A model generated the notes under the pieces. That model was given only the letters and a program-made list of their open reading frames with translations. It had not been told where the DNA came from and did no database searches. This document shows positions 8,889 to 16,441 of a stretch of DNA of 24,000 nucleotides, one piece after another. Origin of the DNA: Terriglobia bacterium (GTDB lineage: Bacteria; Acidobacteriota; Terriglobia; Acidiferrales; UBA7541); NCBI GenBank assembly GCA_963695545.1, contig OY968796.1, positions 3,140,753-3,164,752 of the forward strand. Reading direction: 5' to 3'. Both the position numbers and the translations under genes were made by a program. How positions within the stretch are numbered: position 1 is the stretch's first letter; each line of letters starts with the position of its first letter.

Positions 8889-9731
8889 GTGGAGCATGCA
8901 CGCGAGAGCTACCAAGTATCAGAGCGGCATGCCTGCCGGTTGCTGGGGCAGTGGAGAGGGACACAACGCTACGAGGTGATCCACCGAACGGATGAAGACG
9001 CGCTGACGCGAGACATCGTGGCGCTGGCCAGCGAGTACGGGCGCTTCGGCTATCGGAGGATCACGGCGCTGTTGCAAGCACGGGGCTGGTATGTGGGCAA
9101 GGATCGGGTGCAGCGGATCTGGCGGCGCGAAGGGCTGAAAGTGCCGCAGGGACAAAGGCCGCGAGGAAGGCTGTGGTTGAACGACGGATCGTGTGTTCGT
9201 CTCCGGCCGGAACGAGCCAACCATGTGTGGAGCTACGATTTCGTGAGCGCGATGACCCACGACGGCCGAACACTGCGAATGCTGACGCTGATCGACGAAT
9301 ACACGCGGGAGTGCCTGGCGATCCGCGTGGCGAGAAGGCTGGGGAGATACGAAGTGATCGAAGCGCTGGCGGACGTGATGCTTTACCGGGGAATTCCGGA
9401 ACATATTCGCTCGGACAACGGCCCGGAGTTCGTGGCCAAGGAGCTGAGGAGTTGGCTGGCGAAGGTGGGAACGGGGACGCTGTACATCGAACCGGGAAGC
9501 CCTTGGGAGAATGGCTACTGCGAAAGCTTCAACGGGAAATTGCGCGATGAATGTTTGAACGGAGAGATTTTTTACTCGCTGAAGGAAGCGCAGATCGTGA
9601 TCGAGAAATGGCGGATGGTGTACAACACGCTGCGTCCGCACTCAGCGCTGGGCTACAGGCCACCGGCGCCGGTGGCCTGTAGCCCCTTGGTGCCGCCAAT
9701 TCTCGGTTCGCCGTCGACGGCTGTGATGTAG
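8889..9731 (+). CDS. IS3-family transposase OrfB (rve/DDE integrase core), normally made as an OrfAB fusion
   Basis: HVWSYDFV...LTLIDEYTRECLAI...IRSDNGPEFVAKELRSWL...IEPGSPWENGYCESFNGKLRDECL...YNTLRPHSALGYRPPAP. The track start at 8889 is GTG. The true N-terminus probably comes from frameshifting at 8853-8859. Confidence 0.9.
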   Translation: MEHARESYQVSERHACRLLGQWRGTQRYEVIHRTDEDALTRDIVALASEYGRFGYRRITALLQARGWYVGKDRVQRIWRREGLKVPQGQRPRGRLWLNDGSCVRLRPERANHVWSYDFVSAMTHDGRTLRMLTLIDEYTRECLAIRVARRLGRYEVIEALADVMLYRGIPEHIRSDNGPEFVAKELRSWLAKVGTGTLYIEPGSPWENGYCESFNGKLRDECLNGEIFYSLKEAQIVIEKWRMVYNTLRPHSALGYRPPAPVACSPLVPPILGSPSTAVM

Positions 9732-9771
9732 ACTCTCTCATTCACCGTGGTACAAAAACTCGGGCTGGTCA

Positions 9772-11584
9772 AGAGCCACGGCGGGTTGCCGATGATGAAG
9801 TCGAATTGTTGCTTCAGCATCGCGGGTCTGTAGCTGTTGCGGATGATGAACGACCAGATGGTGTTCTTCTCCTGTCGGATCAAGTCCGCCAACTTTTCGG
9901 TGAAAGACCAAAGCGCGTCAACAATCGCTGCATGCTCAAGCAGTTTGTACAATTCGGGAACATTGACCGTCAGATACTTGTTTAGTGTCGTTCTGCTTTC
10001 CTTCTTCGATTTTGCGTGCGCCTCGGCGACCGTCGCGCAGGCGGCAATCGCGTCGTCAAAAAGCTCCGGTGAGTGGATAAGCCAGTCCGGCATCGCGACC
10101 GTCTTTTCATTCTTCTCGCCGAACTGAATTTCGAAACCGCTCAACTTCTCGTACAGATTCTGCTCGACTTCGCGCGGAAGGAACAGCGAGTCCGCCAGAT
10201 ACACGGGGATGTTGACGGGCTTGCGTGCGGCGTTCACGAGCTTGCCGAGCGCGAGAACGTATGTGGCGCGGGAGATAGTAACCGCGACGGGGTGGATGTC
10301 GATGCCCTGAACCTTGCCGAGTATCATTCGCAGCTTGTCGTTGTCAGTGCCATCGGGATTGTGGTTCAGGAAGTGGTGGATCGTGGCACGCAGGAAGCTG
10401 CCCGAGCCGCAGCTTGGATCGAGCACCGCTTTGTAGCCGTGCTTCGGTAAAAGCTCGTCCACGATGCGTTCGCACAGCCAGTCGGGCGTGTAATACTCGC
10501 CAAGGTCGTGACGATCCTTGGGGTCGATCAACTGCTGGTAGACGCCCTTGAGCACGTCCTCCTTGATGTGAGACAGGTCATAGTCCGCGAGGTGTGAGAG
10601 GATGCGCTCCCACATCGGGGCGAGAATCTTCTCGGCTTCCACGCTGCGAATCCAGTGAAAGAAGTCATCATCCACGAGGTTCGCGAGCCGCTTGGACTCG
10701 AAGTAGCGACCCGAGAGCACATCCTTCGCGACCTGCCTCAGGTTCGCGGTGCTCTTGCCCTGCGACAGGGCAGCCCAAATCAGCAGCCGGGCGATGCTCG
10801 CGAGATAGGTGTGCCGCAGGAACAGGTTCTCAAGCTCGGAGATTTCCTGCGCGGTCTCTATGTCCCGCACCGCCGTGGTGTCCTCGGTCAGGCGACCGTA
10901 GGTGACGGTGAGGTACCGCTGCCACGTCTCGAACGCGAGCTTGGCTTCCGATCCGCCGCTGACCTTTGCCCACGCACGCTTGAGCGCAGCCATGCCCTCG
11001 TGGAACTGGAAGCTCTGGCTGCCGAACTCAAGCTGGAACTGCTCGGCGGTCGCCTCTACCTGCTGCTCACGAAACAGCAAACTCGTGAGCCACAGCCAAA
11101 ACTCGCCCAGCGTCTCATCTGCCAGCTTGAAGTCGCTTAGTTCGTCCAGCACGACGTTCTCAGGCGTCGGCTCCTTCCCCTCGGGAAGCACGGGGCGGTA
11201 GCGAATCCAACGGCTGCCGTCCGTCGCTATCGCCAGCAGTGGACGCAGCGCGTTTCTCTTTTCCTTCTGCCAAGTCCCGGCGACGTACTCGCAAAGCTGA
11301 CCCTTCGCCTCTTCGAGCGTGGCGGACAGAGACTTCTCAAACTCGATGATGGCGTTGCCGTAGTAGGCGTCGGCGCGTCCTCTCTTCTGTCCCACCGCTT
11401 GGTCGATGCGGATCAGTTTCTCGACCCCACGGGAGAACTCGGAGACGGCGTTCGTGCCGGGGAAAAGCTCTGCGATTACGGCGGCGAAGCGCGACCGCTT
11501 GGCGGCTTCGTTGGGGAGTGTCTTGACCTCGCGGGCGTAGGCCCGCAACGTCTCCTTGACCTTTGGCTCAAGCGTCTCAGGCAT
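9772..11584 (-). pseudogene. Gamma-class N6-adenine DNA methyltransferase of a single-chain RM type (N-terminal nuclease-like motif + helical spacer + MTase), 3'-truncated by the IS3 insertion right after motif IV
   Basis: MTase motifs are GEYYTPDWLCERIV, VLDPSCGSGSFL (motif I), VQGIDIHPVAV and FIIGNPPW (motif IV). The N-terminal GRADAYYGNAIIEFEKSL resembles the D...E-x-(E)K nuclease motif of MmeI-like type IIG/IIL enzymes. The last 39 aa of the 657-aa ORF (LTSPSFCTTVNERVY...) are read-through into IRR. The likely start is ATG 11582-11584 (MPETLEPKV), with 11626 as an alternative. Confidence 0.8.
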
Positions 11585-11669
11585 TGGCGTGAATGATAGC
11601 AGCGAGGGCAAAGAAAAGGGGTGCATCTTGCGATGCTCTTACGGCATCAGCAACTTTTCTTGTTCCGCT

Positions 11670-13140
11670 TTAGCTGGAGGCGAGTCGAAGTTTTTCTAAC
11701 AGCTTTAGAAGAGCTAGCGTATCCAGAGCACAATAGTCGAGCAGAGCTTTCTGAATTCTCTCGCGCTCGCCGCCATCAAAGCAGCCGCGCAAGAGCGCCT
11801 CCCACGCCAGTCCGGCTTCCTGCCCGTTCGCAACCGTCATCCCGTCGTAGCTCATCTCAGGCACGAGAGCGGGCAGCACGGACTTGAGGCTGTACGATCC
11901 GGCGAACGCGGGGTGGTAAACATGTGCCCGCACGATGGGCAGTAGATCGAACAGGCGGTCTTGGATTGTTTTGATCTGATCCGCGAACCGAGGAAACCAA
12001 GTCGCGAGTTCCGAAAGACGCTTAGATTCGAACGACGAATACACGACGATGCTGCCGCTTTCGCCGAGTGCAGCGCAGAGGGAGCTAATGAACTCGCGCC
12101 GAGGATCGCTGCTACCTGCGGCAAGAAACTCGTAGTGCTCTGGCTCTGCGCCCGCTTGTCGCTGCACATGGACTGACCATTGAAAGGGCAGGTGGTCGTA
12201 GGGTCGCATTCCCGCGAACGGCGGAATCGCCCGATTCAGAGTCTCGAAATCGGCGAAGTACAACGGGTAGGTCAACCCGTCCAACAGATCGCGGAGTCCA
12301 TCGCTGAACCACGGTCGTCCCGTCTGCACGCACGTCGCAGCACGGCGTTGAATGTCGCTCAACTGGAAATCGTGAGGGATGTCCCGAATTGACTCGACGC
12401 CAATCTCCTCAAGCGCATCGACCGCGCTGGCGTGGATGCGCGGCAAAAATCCGATGTGATCCTGCGAGCGCGGCGGGTTGCAGTGATCGAAAAATTCGCA
12501 AGTGACGGGGGCGGTACAGTGCGCACCAATTTTGATGTTGGGAGGAGTCGGCTGCTCCAGAATCCGAAATTCCGACCGTAGCTGCAACGTCAGCTTGTGC
12601 TGCAACCCCTCGACTCGCCGGGCCACATTGCGGATGCGAAAGAATTCTCGCGGGTCGATTTCACCGCCCGGATAAACATAGTTTCGGTTGATGTGAGCCA
12701 GAGATGCCGAAGCCATGTCCAGCCCTGACCGCGAAACCACGCGATACTGGATCGCTACGTCTTCGAGGTGGTGATCCTTGAGATCGGTCGTTGACTTGAC
12801 TTCAATCAATTTCCAGCGACCGTCGAGCCGTCGCTGTAGGACGTCCACTTTCACGAGCACGTTCTTGTGCTCAAACACCCCCTCGAAAATCGCTGGCACG
12901 TCCGGGTTTGCCACCAGTTCGCGAGTTGCGCGGATCGCTTTGTCCAGCCTGCCGTCACTCGGAACCTCGACCCCGCCCGGAAAAAGCTGCCGGGCAAGCA
13001 AGACCGACCTGCCGCCCCTGTTCGATGATGGCTTGATCAGCAGCGTCCGGCGCGACTGCCAGTTCTGGTTCGTGGACGAGCAGATACAAACGTTTGGCGC
13101 ACTGGCGGCCAGCAATAACTTTTGTTTTGCTGATTCTCAT
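11670..13140 (-). pseudogene. DUF2779-family protein (N-terminal Cas4-like PD-(D/E)xK nuclease with a Cys cluster + C-terminal DEDD-like exonuclease fold); one frameshift near 13010-13030
   Basis: MRISKTKVIAGRQCAKRLYLL...IIEQGRQVG (ORF 12955..13146) continues in another frame as LARQLFPGGVEV. Further motifs are VKVDVLQRRLDGRWKLIEVKSTT (D...E-V-K), AHCTAPVTCEFFDHC (Cys cluster), YPLYFADFETLNRAIPPFAGMRPYDHLPFQWSVH and GSYSLKSVLPALVP. Confidence 0.8.
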
Positions 13141-13173
13141 GTTCAAGGCTTCGAGCAGCGGCGTCGGACTGAA

Positions 13174-13515
13174 TTATGCATCCGCCCGATACGGCTTCCT
13201 ATCGTCGATCAGATGAAGCTTGTACTTGTGAAATTGCGCGATGCTTGCCGGGGAACGGTCGCGCCCGCAGAAGATGTCCTTGAGTCGCGAGTCCGCGCAA
13301 GCGAGCCGCTCAAGAGCACGCCACCACAGGATACCGGGTCGCCCGGAGTCGGTCGCACCGTCCGGGCGCGAGTGGAGGAGCCGGAACTCCCTTTCGGAAT
13401 TGACAAAGTCCCTGACGGCGTTCTCCACTTCCTCCGGGCTGGGGTTGACGAACTTGACCTCGATCTCTCCATCCGGCTTGACGCTCGTCTCGATGATTTC
13501 GTCGAACATCTCCAC
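13174..13515 (-). CDS. Small hypothetical protein P2 (113 aa), N-terminal paralogue of P1
   Basis: GTG 13515 or ATG 13509 is preceded by GAGGAGGAG. The N-terminus FDEIIETSVKPDGEIEVKFV matches LDEQIETKIAPDGTVTVRLI of the upstream gene. The rest is unique. Confidence 0.5.
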   Translation of the reverse strand: MEMFDEIIETSVKPDGEIEVKFVNPSPEEVENAVRDFVNSEREFRLLHSRPDGATDSGRPGILWWRALERLACADSRLKDIFCGRDRSPASIAQFHKYKLHLIDDRKPYRADA

Positions 13516-13541
13516 GTCACTCCTCCTCGCAGCGTCGCCCG

Positions 13542-13871
13542 CTAAGCCTGCGCCTTGACCCTGTGCATATAGAGCAGGAGCGAGCGGAACCGTTCGTATG
13601 CTTCCGCCCGCATCTCCTTATCAGCCCACCCCTCGAAGAACATCTGCTTGAGTTTCCCCTCGGCGGCAACCGACCTGTCCTTCGCTGTCTCGTCCGCGTA
13701 TGTGCACGAGAAGTACTCGTTGGCGGCGAACTCGACCATGGTCTGCGCGAGGTCGATGTCGCGGATCATCTGCTCGTCGCCGATCAGCCTCACGGTTACC
13801 GTGCCGTCAGGGGCAATCTTCGTCTCGATCTGCTCGTCGAGCGTCGTCGCGACCTGCTTGTCGTCCGCCAT
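13542..13871 (-). CDS. Small hypothetical protein P1 (109 aa)
   Basis: ATG 13869-13871 is preceded by GGGAGAAAGAGAAGAG. It is an acidic protein with no recognised family. A 26-nt gap separates it from P2. Confidence 0.55.
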   Translation of the reverse strand: MADDKQVATTLDEQIETKIAPDGTVTVRLIGDEQMIRDIDLAQTMVEFAANEYFSCTYADETAKDRSVAAEGKLKQMFFEGWADKEMRAEAYERFRSLLLYMHRVKAQA

Positions 13872-13913
13872 CTCTTCTCTTTCTCCCTATCGAATTGAGG
13901 TTCCGCTTCCTTC

Positions 13914-14451
13914 CTATACGGTGGCGTACATGTTCCGGCGAATCCAGCGGCTCAGCAGCACCAGCAGCACCGGGGCAAATACGAAGAACGGAGCGATGGC
14001 GAACACCAACGCCGCACTCTCGGGGTTGAGACTGCTGAGGCGTTCGGGAAACACCTTACCGAGTCCAATCGCGAAAATAACTTCGGCGGCGACGGAGCCG
14101 ATGAAACCGCTGACCATGAACCAAATCGACTTGGCGAGCGTCTGCCACATACCGCCGTGGTCTTGACGCCAAGTGCTCAGCTTTCCCGCTCGCTGCCACT
14201 GCCGGACGCTGTGCCAATGGCAGATGAAGACCATCCAGATCGCGCAGGCAAGCGGTCCCGGTAAGGAAGTAGAGCACGCCCCAAATCCGCATATCGGCAC
14301 CGCTCAACGCGAGAGCCTCGATGCCGACTGTAAAAAGAAGAGGAGCCGATAGTCCAAACATGAGCAGGGTGAGTAGGAACAGGATTTCCGACAGCACCCA
14401 TTTCAGGAATTCGCGGGCTGTTCCGGCGATGTCGATAACCATTGGCTCCAT
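13914..14451 (-). pseudogene. Four-TM membrane protein, unknown family; one frameshift near 14240-14265
   Basis: MEPMVIDIAGTAREFLKWVLSEILFLLTLLMFGLSAPLLFTVGIEALALSGADMRIWGVLYFLT switches frame to GPLACAIWMVFICHWHSV...IWFMVSGFIGSVAAEVIFAIGL...AALVFAIAPFFVFAPVLLVLLSRWIRR. Four hydrophobic spans are visible. Confidence 0.5.
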
Positions 14452-14505
14452 GGACGTTTCCTCCGGTACGAGACCCCTTCGCGATAGTTCTGGCGTCGGA
14501 AGATG

Positions 14506-15144
14506 TCAGGCGCATGCAGCCGTAGCGTGCTGAGAACGGGCAGCGGCGTACACAGTCCCAACTGACAGATTCATTTCGTTGGCTATCCACCGCCACGAAT
14601 GCCCGGAGGCTCGCAGTGAGTTGATCCGGTCAACATCGACAGCTTTTCTCGGTCGCCCGAGGCGTTTGCCCTTCGCCCTAGCATTTCGCAATCCTGCCCG
14701 CACGCGCTCAACTATCGTCTCTCGCTCGCTTTCCGCTACCGCTGCGAGAACGTGAAAGACAAATTTGCCTGATGGAATCGTCGTATCAATTTGCTCGATC
14801 ATTGCCACAAAATTGATCTTCAGCGCGTGAAAGGTCTCAAGTGCTCGGCACAGGTGTGAAACTGAGCGCGAAAAACGGTCGAACCGCCAGACGACGACCA
14901 CGTCGAATCTCCGCGCATGAGCATCCGCCATCAAGCGATTCAGTTCGGGTCGGGAATCCTTCCTGCCCGAGACGCCCTCGTCCACATAGCAGTCAAAAAT
15001 ATCCCAGCCCCGTCGCTGACAGTACTCGCGCAGTTCTCGTGTCTGCATCGCCGAGTCTTGCCCGTGACCTATCGTCGAAACCCGAGAATACACGGCAGCT
15101 TTGATCTTTTGCGGGCCGCAATCGCGAACAACCTGCAATCCCAT
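14506..15144 (-). CDS. Small serine recombinase (resolvase/invertase family) with a C-terminal HTH; intact
   Basis: AAVYSRVSTIGHGQDSAMQTRELREY (catalytic Ser block), VDEGVSGRKDSRPELNRLM, VVVWRFDRFSRS, GKFVFHVLAAVAESERETIVERVRAGL, GRPRK, and C-terminal SGHSWRWIANEMNLSVGTVY. Confidence 0.9.
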   Translation of the reverse strand: MGLQVVRDCGPQKIKAAVYSRVSTIGHGQDSAMQTRELREYCQRRGWDIFDCYVDEGVSGRKDSRPELNRLMADAHARRFDVVVVWRFDRFSRSVSHLCRALETFHALKINFVAMIEQIDTTIPSGKFVFHVLAAVAESERETIVERVRAGLRNARAKGKRLGRPRKAVDVDRINSLRASGHSWRWIANEMNLSVGTVYAAARSQHATAACA

Positions 15145-15311
15145 CAGGACTCCCTTCGTACCCCAAACTGTTTGCCAAACCCGTTCAAAAACCCTGCGCG
15201 GGGCGTTCCGGGCGACGCTCTACTCTCCCGTAGACCTGATCCCTTCTGGTGAGCGTAGAACCGCCCAGAACGCCCCGACGAAGGCTGCTCATTTGCTCTT
15301 GGAATCGTCCT

Positions 15312-15563
15312 TCATCGCCTGCCCGCCTTCTGCTGCTCGTGCGCCTTTCGCAACGTCTCATCGAAGCATGCTTCGCACATGCCGCCAGTCTCGCCGCCGT
15401 CGCCTTGCGTAAATCGGTGAGCACAGGAAGGGCACCTGAACTCGATTCCGGTCGGAGGTTGACCTTGACCGTTGGGATGGAGCGGGACAGCCTCCGTTCC
15501 GCACCGAACGCACTTCTCGCCGAGAACTTGCTGGCACTGCACACAGATGCGAGTCACGCGCAT
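15312..15563 (-). CDS. Small zinc-ribbon protein (83 aa, four CxxC pairs); a possible longer form starts at GTG 15728
   Basis: MRVTRICVQCQQVLGEKCVRCG...FRCPSCAHRF...GMCEACFDE. Start-site choice is uncertain and no strong RBS is present. Confidence 0.4.
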   Translation of the reverse strand: MRVTRICVQCQQVLGEKCVRCGTEAVPLHPNGQGQPPTGIEFRCPSCAHRFTQGDGGETGGMCEACFDETLRKAHEQQKAGRR

Positions 15564-15705
15564 CCCCGAATGGTGCCGAAGAACCGGGTGGGACTTGCGA
15601 TTGCTGGCGAGGTTCCGAATGAAAACAGGGGCGTGAATGCGAGCGGACAGACGACTGTTACAATTCGAGCAGCCATTGCAGCCTCCAGTTAGGTTGCTGT
15701 GGTCA

Positions 15706-15739
15706 GGGACGACCCGGTGTATCAGCACCGGGTCGTCCC
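15706..15739. other. Perfect 14-bp stem hairpin/palindrome GGGACGACCCGGTG-tatcag-CACCGGGTCGTCCC
   Basis: It lies 2 nt downstream of the RHH gene stop (15742-15744) on the minus strand. No U-run follows on the minus strand; a T-rich stretch (CTTATTTCAATTCTTT) follows on the plus strand. It could be a terminator/attenuator or a protein-binding site. Confidence 0.5.
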
Positions 15740-15741
15740 GC

Positions 15742-15885
15742 TTATTTCAATTCTTTGGCTCTTTCCTGAAGGTACTTATCAATCGCACGCCGGATCAGTT
15801 CGGCAAGCGGAGCACCCGTCTTATCGGATAGCTTTTGCAGCTTCTCAATCTGCTCTTCTTTAAGGAAGAGGGCCGTACGCTTCAT
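15742..15885 (-). CDS. Ribbon-helix-helix (CopG/Arc/MetJ-type) DNA-binding protein, 47 aa (not in the ORF track, which starts at 60 aa)
   Basis: The reverse-strand translation is MKRTALFLKEEQIEKLQKLSDKTGAPLAELIRRAIDKYLQERAKELK*. It shows an N-terminal beta-strand followed by two helices, typical of RHH. An in-frame alternative ATG is at 15889-15891. Confidence 0.65.
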   Translation of the reverse strand: MKRTALFLKEEQIEKLQKLSDKTGAPLAELIRRAIDKYLQERAKELK

Positions 15886-15925
15886 AGGCATACATATTAC
15901 CATACAGATGCATACATGTCCATAG
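15883..15925 (-). promoter_or_regulatory. Candidate RHH promoter/operator: five (C/G)TATG repeats and an extended -10-like TGGTAATAT
   Basis: The minus-strand reading is CCTATGgacatGTATGcatctGTATGgtaatatGTATGcCTATG. Plus-strand repeat starts are 15883, 15889, 15901, 15911 and 15921, giving 10-12 bp spacing for three of them. TGGTAATAT lies just upstream of the ATG, which implies a very short or absent leader. Confidence 0.35.
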
Positions 15926-16270
15926 GCCGGAAGTACTGGCGTACTTTGAGGTGCGAAAGATTGGGTTTTGGAACATCTTTGGAACAGCTAGGATGATAGG
16001 AAACGAGGGGGTTCATTGCGGCTTAGCGCAGCCTTTGCACCATCCACTTCCGGGAGCAGCGGTCAGAAGGGCGAACCCGCGAGGGCAGTTCTTGCTTTGG
16101 GGTGGACTTTCCGGAATTCTTCAGTATGGGTCGGAGCACCGTCTTCGAACGTGATAGTTGGCAGAACTCCTATGAAGAGCGCAACTTACCAACAACTTGT
16201 ACCTAAACGGCAAAACTAGCGCGTTCAGTGCGTTGCAAGCCCCCGCAACCAATTCGATGCTTCACGCGAA

Positions 16271-16305
16271 AAGGGCTTCCGATGCCAGACTCGGAAGCCC
16301 TTTTT
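16271..16305. terminator. Rho-independent, potentially bidirectional terminator
   Basis: The stem AAGGGCTTCCGA (16271-16282) / TCGGAAGCCCTT (16291-16302) has an 8-nt loop. It is followed by TTTTT on the plus strand and preceded by AAAA (a U-run on the minus strand). It lies ~135 nt downstream of the encapsulin stop. Confidence 0.7.
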
Positions 16306-16441
16306 CCTTGTTAGCGCTGATTGTGGCCGTTCTGCCGGTGTCCCGCGCATCTAGTCGGAAGGCGCCGGCCCCTCACTCCGTTCGGGCACGCTCCCATCTT
16401 CTTCAGTATTTCGTCGCGCGAAGAACGCGTTGCGCCGACCG

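Larger units (their letters stand above)
8522..9771 (+). mobile_element. IS3-family insertion sequence (IS407-group-like), 1250 bp, apparently intact
   Basis: Imperfect terminal inverted repeats begin with TGACC. IRL is 8522-8562, TGACCTGACCGGGGTTTTTTGTACCAGCGGGAGTGAGAGAG. The reverse complement of IRR (9733-9771) is TGACCAGCCCGAGTTTTTGTACCACGGTGAATGAGAGAG. The element has orfA plus orfB in the -1 frame and a DDE/rve core. The flanks AAAC (left) and AGAG (right) show no target-site duplication. Confidence 0.9.

Noticed and set aside
8919-9641. 240-aa minus-strand ORF inside the IS
   Set aside because: It is antisense to the well-supported transposase orfB, and its sequence is Arg/Pro/His-rich and not protein-like.
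9653-9771. C-terminal 39 aa of the 657-aa methyltransferase ORF
   Set aside because: These codons lie within the IS right inverted repeat and the 3' end of orfB. They are fortuitous read-through, not native protein.
12778-13545. 255-aa plus-strand ORF
   Set aside because: It is antisense to the DUF2779 and P2 genes, and its composition is Ser/Arg-rich with no motifs.
15183-15194. GTTCAAAAACCC resembling a Hin/Gin hix/gix half-site (TTATCAAAAACC) just upstream of the recombinase gene
   Set aside because: No inverted partner half-site is present at the right spacing and no second copy exists in the window. It is probably a chance match.
15950-16270. Search for a tRNA or tRNA fragment as an integration site at the island boundary (for example GTTCGAAGAC near 16150)
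   Set aside because: No cloverleaf could be built. The T-loop-like strings lack complementary T-stems and acceptor stems.
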